The notes beneath the pieces are model-generated. The model did not search any database. It worked only from the letters and a program-made list of their open reading frames with translations, and was not told where the DNA came from. A stretch of DNA of 61,287 bases, counting the filler, from Dirinaria sp. TL-2023a (lineage: Eukaryota): NCBI GenBank assembly GCA_051941275.1. It is 17 parts of 17 records of this genome, joined end to end, with 100 filler letters (N's around TTAATTAATTAA, not from the genome) between each part and the next. Parts side by side here need not be neighbours in the genome. Positions count along the whole stretch, not along the records: positions 36,253 to 39,753 come from JAVEBF010002035.1; positions 39,854 to 43,353 come from JAVEBF010002036.1; positions 43,454 to 46,946 come from JAVEBF010002037.1; positions 47,047 to 50,538 come from JAVEBF010002038.1; 13 more parts are not named here. One strand, written 5' to 3'. Positions 36,254 through 50,638 of the stretch are shown piece after piece. The position numbers and the translations under genes are program-made. Every line of letters starts with the position of its first letter. Position 1 is the first letter of the stretch.

Positions 36254-38225
36254 CTAAAAAACAGCCCTCAAAACCCGCTTCGGCCAAGACCTCGATTCAA
36301 TTTCCTCCACGACGCCCGGATCGAGATCGAGTTCGCGCAAGCCCGATTTCAGATCCATCTCGTGCGCGCGCCGGTACAGCCCGCCGTCGCCGCGCGAGAA
36401 GGCTTTCCAGAAGAGGTACAGCACAATAATAATGGGCGCGGCCATGTAGTTCTGGAAGAAGACCTCGGCGCTGGCGGAGGAGCCGATGGGCTAGATAGAA
36501 AGTTTTTTTTAGGTGAGGACGGAGGGTAAAGGAAGGGGGGGGTTTAAACTTACCCATAGACTGGTATAAAAAGTCGCGATGATAGCCAGCACATTCAGAA
36601 TGAAGCCGATCCAGCTCCCGATAACGCCGAAGGAGGCCTGATACGGTAATTCGTCCAGGGTATGGCCCTGGACTTTCCAGCCGTGCCGAAACCGGATGTG
36701 GCAGAGACAGATGGAGCCCCAGACGAAAAAATACGAGAGACCGGACAGCGCCAGCAGCCAGGTGAACACGGTCGATCCGACCGACGCCTCCTGGATAAAC
36801 GCCAGCAGGCCGAACAGGAGCTGGATCACGACGCACCAGATCGGCCGGCCTTTCTTGTCCACGTAGGCCAGGAACCGCGGGCCCATGCCCGTCGAGGCCA
36901 TGGCCTGCATCGTGCGCGTCGAGGCGAAGGTGCAGGAATTCGCCACGCTGATGACGGAGATGGTGATCACGGCGTTGAAAACCGAGGGCAGGCCCTTGAT
37001 GCCCGCCGTGGAGATGGCCAAGACGAACGGCGACGCTTTCGTGTTATCGGTCGAAGCACCCAGCAGATCGGGCGAGTCGGACGGCAGGATCAGTCCGACC
37101 ATGAAGAGGCTGAGGACATAGAACCCCGCGATGCGCCAGAACACCTGTTTACTGGCCTTGGGAAGCGATTTCCGGGGATCCGCTGCTTCGGCTGCTGCGA
37201 GACCAACCAGCTCCGTGCCTGCGAACGCGAAGGCTGCGTTGACAAAGACGGAGCAGAACCCTTTGAAGCCGTTGCGGAAAGCGCCTGGATGATGCCAGTA
37301 ATGCGCGCCGATGTACCCGCGATGGTCGGTTGGGACGCCGCCACAGTCGATGATAACTGCTAGGATGATAAAGCCAATGACGGCGATGACTTTGATCATT
37401 CCAAGAACGAATTCGACTGGATTACTCTTTCAGCAAAATGCCGCCGAAGCAAAGGGGAAGTTTGAAGCTTGGACGGCATACCTTCTCCGTATCCTCTAAC
37501 ACCAAAGACTTGAATAAGAGTCAGGACGACAAGAAAAACCGTGATCCAGACACCTGTAATCAAGTTCAGAAACTTGTCTTGAGGCTCGAATACTTTGACT
37601 TATATATTGATGTCCGTTCGCCAGAAGTCGATCGTCAATCCCGCGGCGATGAGCTCGAAAGGCAATACGGTGAGCCAGGAAATCGCATAGTCCCAGCCAA
37701 TCGCAAATCCACTATCTACGTTTTAGTCTCAAATGTCCGGCGCATCTACTCGCAATCAACTCACACAGCCGGGTCGAGGAAGCGGCAAAAGTATTGGTAG
37801 AAGGCTCCGTTCACCGGGTACAGGACTGCAAGTTCTCCGAGTGCTTGAACGGTACAGAGCAGCATGCCTCCTGTGATCAAGAACCCCAGAAGCTTTTTAT
37901 CTGGTCAGAAGATCCAAGGCTTCGCTTTCTTTATCCCATTTACTTACAACACTGCCAGGGCCACCACTGTGGAAGGAGGGGCCGGAGCCCACGAACAGAC
38001 CGGCGCCGATAGATCCACCTTTTTGTAGAGCACAATTCAGAATGGAGCATTCAAGCGTAGTGGAGGTCGCGATCACATACCGATAGCAATCATCTGCATA
38101 TGGCGACCTTGGAGACTGCGCGAAAGCACGCCGTTGCCCGGCACAGTCTCGATGTCATGCTCGTCCGGGGAGCCGTAGCCGACATCTTCTTTGGTGGGGC
38201 TGAAGTCCTTCTTTTCCTCGGCCAT
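36254..38225 (-). CDS. Amino-acid permease (APC superfamily, yeast amino-acid transporter family), multi-exon
   Basis: [57 protein letters not shown] and KQVFWRI motifs. Several GT-AG introns; TAG at 36254. Confidence 0.95.
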
Positions 38226-41200
38226 GTTGGGACGTCCCGCAGATATACACTTCGCAGCAAGAGACCAAGAAAAGGAGAGTAAGGTTGAACGGAAGAAGTT
38301 TGGAGCTGCCAACAGGAAAAGAGAGGCCGCGGTCAACTTACAAAGTCGCGCAATGAGCGCACTATGGCGAACCAGCGCTCAGCTAGCAGCGGAGACATTC
38401 GAACCCTTGTCGACTGCAGATCACCAGATAGGTAGCTCAGAGCAAATTTCAATTGGCTGATATAGTAGAAGATACCAGGTCGGCCGCCTCGCCGCCTTTC
38501 TTGAATGGAGAGATTGGAGCGAAGCTAGAATGCAATCGTGGGAGTTCCCGTGTCGCTTATGGGATGACCGCCCTGCATTCCGGACCTGCACTCGGTCCTG
38601 AAGCTTTTTCTGTGCCGTTACTTGCGTACGAACAAATCCTTGCTTAGGAATCTTGAGGATTTGCTGATACCCCATCCTTGCAAAAACCAAAAAAAAAAAA
38701 AAAAAAAAAAAGATCAAAAATAAAATACCGGAGATCCCTCCAATAGAAATCTTCTGCATTACGAAAATAAGAGACAATCGTGTTGCTTGCAGTCGCCATT
38801 GAGAACCAAGGAACGTGGAGCGGCTCGGTCGCACTGATACAGCACGCAGCGGAGAATGTAAGTAGTGCGGCAAGCTGCAGGGACCACGGGGGTTGTGCAT
38901 GAAGGGGCTGACGACCACTAGCACAACAGTCAACCAGGTAACAGTTGTATAGTGGAATCGATCGCTATAAAGTGATCTTGTCTGGAACAGGAAGGACGCT
39001 CGGAGTGGGAAGTTGAGGGGAAGCCTGCCGGTGCCGAAGGATCTACAACCCTACTGGCAAAGCGAAAGTAAAACAGCACCTATGAAGATCAGTGATACTA
39101 ATGTGAGCTATGTCAAGTACAGGTACCTACCTTAGGTACTTACTTGTAGGTAGCGTACCTTCGTACCTACCTTAGGTACTGTACATTGAATAAGTACCAT
39201 GCCTTAATGTGAAGTAGATAAAAGTAAATTAGGTACCTCGGTACCTTAGCGGAGATATCCTGTTCCTTCAAAGTTGAAGTACGAGTACATATAGACAAAT
39301 TCCTCAATCCGAGAACTACCCCAGAAAATCATTCAAAAACCAGTATTCAAATACCAAAGCCGGAACCATTCAAGCATGTCCCAGCCACAGCCAGATGAAA
39401 AGGAAAAATCTGATCCCACCAAACACTACCTACCTAGCAGAATACTCTCACATAAGAAGTTTACGTACATATTAAAACCAACAAGCAAGCCATTTAACTT
39501 CTAACCTGAAAGATCAACAATAATCGAAGGTAACAAAATGCAACGACAGACATGAGATGTAGTCCACCAAGCATCCAGAAACAGGATAGCTAAAGTAGGT
39601 AGTATAGCAGGAAAGGAAAGGCCAAACATGAAAGAATGACTAAGATACGTCGGATACATGTACCTGAGTAGATAGGCAAGCCAAGCAAGCAAGTACGTAT
39701 ATCTCTTCAGTGACACCGCATCAACAATCCGTTCAAAAAGGAAGCCGGAGGAGNNNNNNNNNNNNNNNNNNNNNNNNNNNNNNNNNNNNNNNNNNNNTTA
39801 ATTAATTAANNNNNNNNNNNNNNNNNNNNNNNNNNNNNNNNNNNNNNNNNNNNTCCTCCCCCCCCGCGCGCCCCCCTTCTGGATTTGCAGTCCCGCCAGA
39901 GACACACCTAATTTACCCTACCCTACCTTACCTTACCCTACCTGGCCTTACCCTTAGATATCCCACACCCGCCATTTTAAACCCCGCCGTCTCCCAAGTA
40001 AGTGTGGCTTGACTGTCCCTCTCCCGCGTACTCATATACTGTACCTTATGGTCCTATTCTTATTATTACTGTAGATTATTTTCCCTTCTGGATCCTCCTG
40101 TGTAGGGCGAGAACTGAGAACCCAAGCAGCTCCCTCAACCACCGCGCAGAGGGATAAATATTATTACCTGCCTTCTTTCGTTGTCCATGCAGGATCTACC
40201 TTACTCATCCCATCATCCCGTCAGCCATGACAAAGCAAACCCCCCCAATCATCAACTGCCACTTATCCAGATTACTTCTCCAGGGGATTCGTCCACGGCC
40301 ACTACTCCGTTCATATGCACAGAACGGTCGCCACACTACTGAATATTTCTCTGTAGACTAGAAAAATCCAAGCGGACGTACCAAAACGCGACTTCATCCT
40401 CCTGATAGGACCAGAGCGATTTCGAGGCGGCCATCGTAGTAGCGAGCTTTACGCTCATTCGGCCGAAAAAGCAAAGAGGTAACGTATCACAAGAGGAGAA
40501 TATATTTTTAAAGCATCAATCAGTGTTGGTTGTACACGGACCGCTCGACTAGAGTATGCAAGCATAGAGTCCAAGTTACCTTAGACCGTAAGCCTCGCTG
40601 TCAAAGCGATGCACGACGGACATGCGAGATGCGGAGGTGTGTGGTTACAAAGCGACATCACCATTTCCGTGGGCCTGGGACCTATGACGCTACTGGCTCC
40701 TTTTGCATTTCGCCGTTCTAAGGCTGTGTGGCGTAGGATGCCACATTACGGAGGGATGTTGAAATTTTGGTGGCAAGGTGAAAGGCGGTCCTCCGTAGTG
40801 CTGAAACATCAGTGGCCTTCTATATGAATATCCGGGAGGCCATGACTGAGTATGGAAGCTTCTTGGTCAGGAGCAAATAATGGCTGTACTGCTCCTATCC
40901 AGTCCCGCAAATTGGGCTCCTCCAGAAACGGGTTTCCAGCTGCCCCCTGTCGGTCGAAGCACACCCAACTCTGGAAACATATAACACTTTACTAACAGCC
41001 GCTTGTGGCGCTAGCTGTTCCAGAACCCCTGCTCTGTCGCGTGGCTGCTCGACGGTTCGAAATCTAAAGTAAGATATGTAGAGATCGGAGAACCTATCGA
41101 CCGCTAACAAAGCAAACAGAGTGCCAGCACGAAGATCATTCGAAACCAGTTCTCCCACGGCCAATATATCAACGCAGATCTCAGCATAGATACCCAGTCC

Positions 41201-43454
41201 ATCTGGCTTGCCAACTACGTGATTACCTACCTTACCTTACATGTACCTATTATGAGGCACTTTGTACCAATGAAGGCGACGCTAAGCCCGGCATTTTGAA
41301 AAGCAGCCAGTCCGCCTGCAGCGGTGCTGCCGACCCGGTTCCGCGGGCCCCACCAGTGACAGCGCCAGATCCAGAAAGTATCAGCGACAATATAAGCCGA
41401 CTGGAAAGAACCATGACACCTTCGTTCTCCACCGGGGCAATGAGTGGGCTGAATACCGAAGGTGGGTCACCTCCCATAGGAGCAGCATATGTCAGTCAAT
41501 CCTCCAACAGCTGTGTGTTTGAAAAAGAATTGGGATATCGTGATCCATCGGAATAATGGTTTCATACAGAGCGAAATGGCACTGGTGCGGACGACCTCGA
41601 GCCCCAGATACACTTCAAGTATGGACCCATCAAGAATTAATCAGTATCAATATTGACAGACGAGCGCCCTAAAGCTTCGCACATGAGATCTTCGTAAAAT
41701 TCAACCCCCGCCTGAAACCCCGCTTCGGTATAAAAATTTATCCAGGACGGACATCCCAAGTGCAAATCGGGCTACCCCACCGCCGATCCCACGATGAACG
41801 ATCTGCAAGGGCCGCCTTCCAGAAGGTTAACCGAAGGATTAAAGGAGAGAACGTTAGTATGGGCCAGCTTCTTCTCTGTAGCCCTCCAGAACGAGCCACT
41901 TTCATCTCTGACCTTTGCCCATCTTGATGCATAATCCTATCTGAGGCATTAACAACAAACCAATACTCGGCCTCCTTCAACCTGCATGAAAAGCAGCTCA
42001 CGGATACCTGCATCAATATACCGAAGCGACGAGGCTTGTGACACTCGATCGATCACTACCCTTACGGACCGCGCAGCAGCACAAAGCAAGGCGCAAACGC
42101 TGGAAGTGCGCCTGCATGCATATCATGAATCTCATATTTACTTTTTTATCCTTCAGGCGCTTGCTCTCTGCTGCAAAAATCTCCATTCCCGCAATTGTCG
42201 TCTTTGGATGTCAATACTGTACGTATATGGGATTCATAAGGCAGCGTAGGATGACCAAGCTTCCCCCCACAGCGCCAGAGCTGACATGGCCCTCCTTCCA
42301 CTTCGATATAAGCGGAATCTGCCTGTATGATGGCAGGAGAAGAATATTGAATACTACCCAAGGCGAGTAAAAAACGGGTACATATGCAGAATCCATACAG
42401 CAAGGTAATGTGGATGGAGTTCCCGAGAAAAGAGTTGGAAGTTTGACCAAGCGTGGACAACTGCGGCTACCACACCATGATCACCAGGGCGCTCTTACTA
42501 ACAATGGATGCAAGGTGTAGCCAATGCCTGCAAGGATCTTCAAGGAAGCCCTGGAGATTCGCAATGGTGGAAAGAAGCGACAACTGGGGAGTTTGGGGTC
42601 TGTCGCTACCGGTAGAAAATGTGAGATAGAAGAAAAATAGCTGTAGCATAAAGTAGAATAGGGCCGCTTCTGAACACATACCTTAAGGTGGTAAATAGAA
42701 CAACAAACCGGCGTGTAAGATACGAGGCCCTGAGCACCGAGCATTTAGTCACCTTCCTAGGATCTGTCGCCCCTCGAGTACCTACTCGAGTACCTCCTTT
42801 ACCTACTGTAGTGTACTCGGGGTAGAACCATCCGGGTGCGAGCATGAAGTACCTTAACCCACTGCCGCCACACCCACCCGAGCCACCCTACTTACCTTAC
42901 TCTGCTGCCACCAACCCGCTCCCCACCAACGGTTTTACCATCTGTCATTAATGCATCTCACATATTTCTTTTGCTAGGATCTTTCCTCTGCAACAATTTG
43001 CCTATTTGGATCAGTAGGCCATAATGTCACTTCGGTCAACCGTCTTTGCTGGAAAGTCGGAGCCTGTCAGAGCAGAGCGATGAACATAAGGCAATTCTGA
43101 GGCATCAAAGGTCGCGTGCGTTACCGGGTGAAGATGAGGACGGGAGTAGTTGGGAGGGTTGGTATGCCAGTCGAATGATAATACTCTCTAGGTTGGTGTG
43201 GCGGCAGCGGGACCCTCAAATCTAGGTACCCAGTAGACCATCGTGTATTATTATTATGAAATGTTTGCTACCTCAAGGGACCTTATCCCTGATAAAGAAG
43301 ACTAAGCATGGGAGCTATAATAATAATAATCCATTATTGATACATACTACTACNNNNNNNNNNNNNNNNNNNNNNNNNNNNNNNNNNNNNNNNNNNNTTA
43401 ATTAATTAANNNNNNNNNNNNNNNNNNNNNNNNNNNNNNNNNNNNNNNNNNNNT

Positions 43455-43664
43455 AGCAACAACAGCAACAACACCGCCTCCGCCTCCGCCCCGCGACCGA
43501 CCAAGACCGTCCACACGGTCATCGCCCCGACGGGCTCCTCGGCAACGGGTTCGAGCAGGGCGCCCGCGACTCAGACTGCGAATGCCGCGGCTGCGGGGGG
43601 ATATTTCGCTCCGGCGGGTTGCGTGGTTGCTGGGTTGGGCGCTGTGGCTGCGCTGGTGCTGTGA
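43455..43664 (+). CDS. 3' end of a GPI-anchored protein (5'-truncated; not in ORF track)
   Basis: SNNSNNTASASAPRPTKTVHTVIAPTGSSATGSSRAPATQTANAAAAGGYFAPAGCVVAGLGAVAALVL*: Ser/Thr linker, omega-site-like NAA and a hydrophobic tail. Confidence 0.75.
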   Translation, partial: SNNSNNTASASAPRPTKTVHTVIAPTGSSATGSSRAPATQTANAAAAGGYFAPAGCVVAGLGAVAALVL

Positions 43665-44245
43665 ATGGGTGGAGTGTGAAATGGGATGAGATGGGATGGG
43701 GGAGGTAAGGTAGCCCGCAAGCATCTTTTTTTTCTAGGGCTTGGGGGGGGAAAGGTGCTTTCCCCCTCCATGGCGAAGGTGTTGGTTTAATTCTCCCTTC
43801 TTTTCTTTTTTTCCCCTGGTAGGATATTTCGTTTTCATCTGTAAATATCTACTCCTTTTTCATGCGCGCATGTACAAACAAAAATGGAAAGACTTGTAAT
43901 GAAAATTGACGTGATTCAGCTTGTTCCATGTATATCTCTCCTTGAGACAGTAGTGACCCGTGGTCCCATAACCCCCTCCCTCTCCAGATCCCCCGTAAGG
44001 TCGATTCATCCCTTTTTCCCCTTTTTCCCCCTTTTCCCCTGAAAGTACTCTTACCCTTCCAAAAAAAAAAAAAAGAGCCGACTTTAAGAAGCATTAATAT
44101 TTTCTTCCCACCATTTTTATTGGTCTACGACACATTCAACCTTTGGAGACGGCCACTGAACCTCCTTTCCTTTTTTTGTTTCTGCCTTGTCTTTTAGAAA
44201 GGAAAATGGGGGGAGGGGTTGTGGGTTGGGTAATAATGTATTAAT

Positions 44246-46217
44246 TCACCGCCCAAACTTCTTCAACTCGAGCCACCTCAGCGGCGGATAGACGAGCGCC
44301 GCCCAGGAGAAGCCGACGTAGTTGCCCATCTGCACCACGGAAGTAGTCAGTCTCTTCTTTCTTTCTTTCTTTCTTAACTCTCATTATGCAATTCTTCTAC
44401 AAGCCAGTGCAAGGCTTGGAGTGGAAGGGGTAAGGGAACAAAAGAAGTAAGAGGACAGATAGGATGCATAAAAAAAAACTCACATCGGCACCGTACTGGC
44501 CCACGCTCGCGGCGATGGGCCCAATATACCAGACCTGGGCCATGCAAAGGATCGCCCCGGCCCACCCGACCAGGAAAGCGATGAGAGCCGCGATCCCCAG
44601 CGGCAGTTTTTTTCTCTCGTTCCACGCCGTCCAATCATACCCTCTTCTTCGGCGGAAAATGATCTGCTCTTCGATGGTGATGGAGATCCAGATCGCGACC
44701 CAGTAGCCCATCAGCGCGAGGAAATTGGTGAAGACCTCGCTTAGATGATCGCGGCCGGCGAGGGCGCAGACCATGTAGATGACGACGCCGACGGTATTCC
44801 AGACCAGGCGTGGGATTCGCGCGAAACCGCGGCCGAGGACCTGGAAGTCGATGCCGACGGAATACGTGGGTGCGACGCTGTTGGCGACCAAGGTCAGGGC
44901 GATGATCACCGCTAGGAAGCGGCCGAAGCCTCCGAGCGGTTCGTTGAGCGCGGTGACTAGAAGAGCGCCCTGGCTGGTATCGTAGGCTGAGGAGAAGGAA
45001 GGTGCAGAGGGTATTGCCGAGGCGAGACCAATCCCAGAGAGGATCATGAGGGTGAAGGAGATGGTGAGTCCGAGGATCGACGTTGCGAAGATGGCAACGC
45101 GTGGTGTCGAGACGGGGTAGTACACGAAATAATCAGCGGCGCACCCTGCGTAGGTGATGGCTGCGGCAAGGCAGAGGGAGAAAAAGGAAATTCTGGTGAC
45201 TTGAGGATTAGGATCGGCGGGAGAGAAAAGCCACATGGCTGGAAGAAACGGAAGTACCTGTTGCCTGTAATTGTCCGAGTGTCTCCTGTAGACGGCGTTG
45301 TAAGATCGAACTTTGAGCCTGCAACGCCATACAGGATACTAATAGCGATAAGTGGAGGAATGAACGCATAGCTAACTCTAGATATTAGCGATTTTATGGC
45401 TGATCACGAAAAGGTATAGCGCACCGTTCGTAAATATTGAAGGCTTGAATACCGAATGTTGTCACGACCCAGACACAGATCGCAACGACTACGATACCTA
45501 GACTTATGGTCAGAAGCGCATATACAGCACATCATGTAATACTTGCCAACGGCCACAGACATACTGCCATTGGAGGAGACAGCAGAGAGGATTTGGCCAG
45601 CAACCACAAGATCGATCATTGAATAACCCAAGAGAATGATGATGTTCAAAATTACGATCAGCTTACTCGGCCACCATCCCATTGTGTATCGAGCAAATAT
45701 CTATCAAAGAGTAGTCAGGAGCTGCATTTCTTCTGTGAGTCTGCGTTCATACCATCGTTCGGTTGCCAGATATTGGGCCCCAAGTAGCGATGTACGCAGT
45801 AGCTGCCGACCCAAACAGGGCCCCGAACACAGCACATAAAGCTGCATCTTTGAAGCTCAAGCCGTACACAGCCGGCGCCAGCATGCCAAGGGTGATATTG
45901 ACTGCAGCAGTATTGATCGACATCCACAAGATAAAGGGTTGAACAAAGCTCTTCCACGACAGAGGATGGCACTCCTCCGGTGTGACCCTCTGGATGCCAC
46001 GTCCTTCGAGGTTGAACTTTTTCATTTGACGTTCGAAGCGTTGAAGGCATTCTCCAACTTTTGTTGTTGCAGGCGCCGGCGCCGGATACGGTCCCCGATC
46101 GCCAGGCCTATCAAGTACGATATCAGTATTACCGTCCGGCCTGCTTTCGCTCGTGGATGCCTTCTCGACATCCAGTACTGCATCGCTGCTTCGATGCCAC
46201 ATTACAGGCTTCCGCAT
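44246..46217 (-). CDS. NCS1-family purine-cytosine / vitamin B6 permease (Fcy2/Tpn1-like), multi-exon
   Basis: LEGRGIQRV, WGPISGNRTM, MGWWPSKL, AADYFVYYP, TNFLALMGYW and MAQVWYIGPIA motifs; last exon MGNYVGFSWAALVYPPLRWLELKKFGR*. Start at 46217 or 46202. Confidence 0.92.
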
Positions 46218-46902
46218 CGTCAGTACGTCTTTGGCGACACGAAGGGAATTATAGCACGATCCTTTCGCTGGAATTATCCAGATCAAGTTCAACCGTATAA
46301 TCTCAGAACGACGCCTGACTGGTTGATAGCATCTCTCATTTCATGTATCATCGAGTACGGTACGTGTAAAAAGAGTTGGATGCAATAACAAGAGCAAGCC
46401 GACGAACACCGGTTTCGTGCGTTCAAGTTTACCTAGTTACCTCGAGTGGTGGACTGGAAATCCTTAATACCCGACATTGCTACTGAAGTGCACGCGGGCT
46501 GTACTCTGTCTGCCGTGCGAAAGGGACTTTTGCTATACTCCAACTGCTTGATCAGCTCCTGTTAATCAATGTAGAAAGGATGGACGGAGTCAGATAAGAG
46601 GCGCTTCCTTCCACGCTGAGAAGCGAATGTATTACGTAGACGTGCAGGATTTGCATGTTTGATTACCCAGGTAGGTAGACATCTTCGATTACCTATAGCT
46701 GCTCCTTCATGCAGCAAGACATAAGGAGAATGTTACACATCAAAATATACCATAGGTGACTTCTGATAAGATATAGCTTTAAAGGAGCGAGTGCGCGCTC
46801 CTTGCCAACAAGAATGTGCAATACTGGTGTAGACATAGATGATGTGCGGAGTGTACTTACCGAGTTTCGAGATTGTCTTTGACGAGCTGAAAAGAAAGTT
46901 TC

Positions 46903-46946
<44 letters not shown>

Positions 46947-47850
46947 NNNNNNNNNNNNNNNNNNNNNNNNNNNNNNNNNNNNNNNNNNNNTTAATTAATT
47001 AANNNNNNNNNNNNNNNNNNNNNNNNNNNNNNNNNNNNNNNNNNNNAGAAAGAGCTTTTGTCACGAAGATCAGAAGCTTGAATATTTTGTACCTGGAAGA
47101 GGTGAGTGTGAAGGGGTCTTCAGGGTCCTCCATATGCGTCTAGAAGCAGCCCCTAAAGCCGACAGTCATCGCCATTCGCCAATGAGACTCCGCGACTGGA
47201 TCTGAGTCAGCCACTTCCCTGTGGCACCACAATCCGGGAACTTGTGTGTCCGTTAAAGTACCGTACTCTACCTTACCTGAACCCGGACACGCTTGTTGCA
47301 ACTTTACAACCCTACATCCACAACCCTAGGTACGAGGACCTGATAGACCCTGCAGCAGCCCCTCCTTAGATGTATCTCATCACCTGACCTACCTTAAGGT
47401 AAGGTCCCTTTAAGGTAAGGTACCTACTGTAGGTAAATCGGAAATACCTGATGAAGATTGCCAATCCTGCTGAGCTGATATATCTACGTGGAGCAGCAGT
47501 ACGTCAATACCTTTTGCAATGTAGTAGTAATTAATTACTTATTATACAACAGCTACATGTCCTGGGCTTTGAACTATAGACATTGCGCAAAGGACATATT
47601 AATAATGTACACACTAGCTAAACACCCCTTTGGATAAGGTAGCCGCAATCAGCGAATGACCATGTACAATCCGAAAAAGTTTCTACAATCCGAACCGCAT
47701 ATATATACTTGTTGAAGTTTCTGGCAACTCCGCTGCCATCCCTCCCTCCTTGCCCAACCGGCTAGACACATCCAGTACTCGTACCTCCAGCCACAGAGCC
47801 CGTCCTTCATTCGTGACGTCGTTTCGTGGTAGCGTTCCTCATGTATACGA

Positions 47851-49273
47851 CTAGCCTGCCCAGCCGCCTGACATGCTGTGCTGGTCTAACTCGTCGAAAT
47901 CAGGGCTGCCTGTGCTCTGTCTTTGGCTACCGTTGAGAAGCCGAGGAGGCTTGTCGCTTGGATTGCTGCTGCTGGAACGCCGACTACGGGCTTCCTTCTT
48001 GATTTCGCCGCGCCCCTTCGTGACAGAAAAGATGCGTCGGTCCTTGCCCCGACCCTTGATGCCTTTGTTGCTGTTCTTGTACACCGTAGCGAAATATTCC
48101 CACAAATCTTTGTCTGCCGAGGAAATGGTGTCACCCTCGTGCATCGACGCAAACTTCATGGTCAGATTCCTCAGCGTGGCTGCGTGGAACTTATTCTGAT
48201 GGGACTGGGGGCGGATCAGTGTGCATGCCCCATCACGATATCAAGTCAGACCAACCTTCAGGTTGCCCAACTGAGTGAATTGCTTTCCGCATTCCTCTAG
48301 CCGGCACGTGAAAGGCTTGACTTGCTCGTGTACGATTCTGTGGGCGCGGACATTCCCACGCTGTGCAAAACGCTTGCCGCAGCTTTCACAAGAATAAGGT
48401 CGCTCCCCAGTGTGCCGTCGTTCATGTGTCTGGATTCGTTAGCAAAGCGCCAATCTAGATAAGCCGAATCCTTGCCTTGAGATTGCCCAGCTGGGAAAAT
48501 CTTTGGCCACATGATGGTTCTTTGCAGAGCTAGAACGATCTTGTCAGTTTCGTATACTTTCATTCAGACTGTCCACGACATACAAATGGCTTGTATCCTG
48601 TATGCGCACGCACGTGGATATCGAGATGGGTTTTTTGAAAGAATATTTTCCCACACGACGGAATCTGGCATTGATATTTCTTTCTTGCCCGGAACCCAGT
48701 GTGCTCTGATCGATTGCTACGTGCTCTGACATGCTGCTCCGGGCCGTAGACAGACGGTCTACTGTAAGACTGGTCGAGTGCGGCGCTCGATTGAGGGGGA
48801 CTGTTGCTGGTAGATTTGTGCTGGATGGTTCGCACCAAGGTGTCCACATCAGTACCGAAAGCGGCTGCTGAGGAGGGCGATAGCGAATGCAGCTCCAGTG
48901 GTGAAATGTTATGAACTTCGTAGCTTGTACCATCTCGACCAGCGTCTTCGGCTTTCACTGTTGGACTGTTCCTGCTTTGGATTGTGCTGGTCCGTGCTTG
49001 CTCAGCCTGCACCACGCACCGAGGGTCGGTATATGCTGCTGGCATGTAAAGCGATTGCTGAGCTCCGTCACCACAAGCAGCATTGAATCCCGGAATAGTC
49101 GCTGCATGAGACGAGTGGCCGTAGTTCCCATAGCTGAATGTTAATGGGTAACTTGACAAGTGTTGCGAGTACGCCGAGTAATCCAGATTATATTCGGTTG
49201 CCACCATCCGCCGCAGGGCGTTTGGATGGGCCAGCTTTGGATAACCCTCAACGATCATTGTCGAGGCATCCAT
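47851..49273 (-). CDS. AZF1: Azf1-type C2H2 zinc-finger transcription factor, about 423 aa; exons 49273-48584, 48529-48476, 48429-48256, 48204-47851
   Basis: Four C2H2 fingers ([59 protein letters not shown]) plus the [13 protein letters not shown] motif characteristic of Azf1. All exon lengths are multiples of 3. Confidence 0.93.
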
Positions 49274-50638
49274 GTCAGGCGCCGTAACTTCAGATATTAA
49301 CTCTGTCAGGGTGCGTCAGGCCTCGATAGGCCTTAGTAGTAATATCTCGCGTTGATATTTTCCCCTCTGAGCTGTAGACCTCTTGTGTCAATTATTCATG
49401 GAGCATTTCCGAAGCGGTAGATGCCCCGTGATAGTTTGATATGAGCTTCCAGAGCACAGACATGCAACAGCGAGACGAGACGTAGTGAGTACGTCCAATA
49501 GGAAATAAGGAGGGGCAAAATAAAGGGAATTGAATAAAAGAGAAGGAACGGATTTGAATTAAGCCCATGCAAGAAACGAGATCAGTGTATGTATATCCCA
49601 ACCAGACTGACGCACGCTTCACGTACTAGACGATGGCCATGACCACATTTCGAAACATAGCGATTCTGGCCGGGGTAGGTAGTTGGCAGGTAATCCCAAC
49701 CGCATGAGAAAGATCCTCCATTAGACTGCATTTCCGACATCTCAGCGGGAAGGATCCCAGAACCACGCTACGGTACACCGGCACTGTGGTTCGCATGCAG
49801 GCTTTGGAGGACGGGATAGACGCCAAATTGGCAAAAGTCTGAAGACGTGGAGATTCACAGACGAGCTGGACCAATGAAAGGGCCACAGGACTTTTACAAA
49901 TGGGGGGGAATTCTGTAGCTATCGCAGCCCCTGGTTGTGGGAATGGGGGGTGATGTAAGGTGTGCATGCTGGGCCATGATGCAAGGCTATGTTTGTCCTC
50001 AATCTTCCAGACTCGGGCCTACTGGAGGAGGATGGCTGGAGCCTGGCGCCGAGGGGCACGGGCGTGAAGATGCCCTGAGCAGAGGAGAAGAAAGGTTTGT
50101 GGCAAGGTTGTCAGGAAGCTGCTTCTGATGCCGGCAGCGGTAGGGTGTGGGATCGTCTTCCGCTATCCACGGAGTGTGGGGGGCCATCATGCAGCCACGA
50201 CGAATGAACCAGCCAACCGTCAACGATTCTTTCTTTGGTGACCCCTCCTCCCCTCTTCGACTGCCATGGTAATTTGCATGTCGTGATCCCACTTGCCACG
50301 GCCCAATTGCCAATGGTGGCATTTGAAGATATGAGGTAATTGCGTTCAGCCCATTGATTGTAAAGTACCTTAGCTTTCTGCACCCTACCTTACTTTTATC
50401 AACCGGTAAAGGTTGCTGGGTCAACATCATTGACGTAAAGCTTTCTCCGCTTTTCTGAGGTACTGTAGATAAGAGATTGCTTACAGTACAAGTTTGACAG
50501 CTTTTTGATGCGGGTCGTCTCGGGGGTTGGGGGTTGAGNNNNNNNNNNNNNNNNNNNNNNNNNNNNNNNNNNNNNNNNNNNNTTAATTAATTAANNNNNN
50601 NNNNNNNNNNNNNNNNNNNNNNNNNNNNNNNNNNNNNN

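Noticed and set aside
36662..37363. Long antisense ORFs over GC-rich genes (also 27538-28134, 19288-19773, 59520-59957, 4473-4922)
   Set aside because: Shadow or alternative frames of real genes caused by codon bias; no motifs of their own.
39854..43353. Short ORFs in contig 12
   Set aside because: No recognisable domain or consistent exon chain; treated as intergenic, though a decayed gene near 41300-41930 cannot be excluded.
46903..46946. Poly-T run as a retroelement tail; also (CCCAGAT)n at 21797-21822
   Set aside because: Simple repeats at contig ends with no TSD or element body visible.
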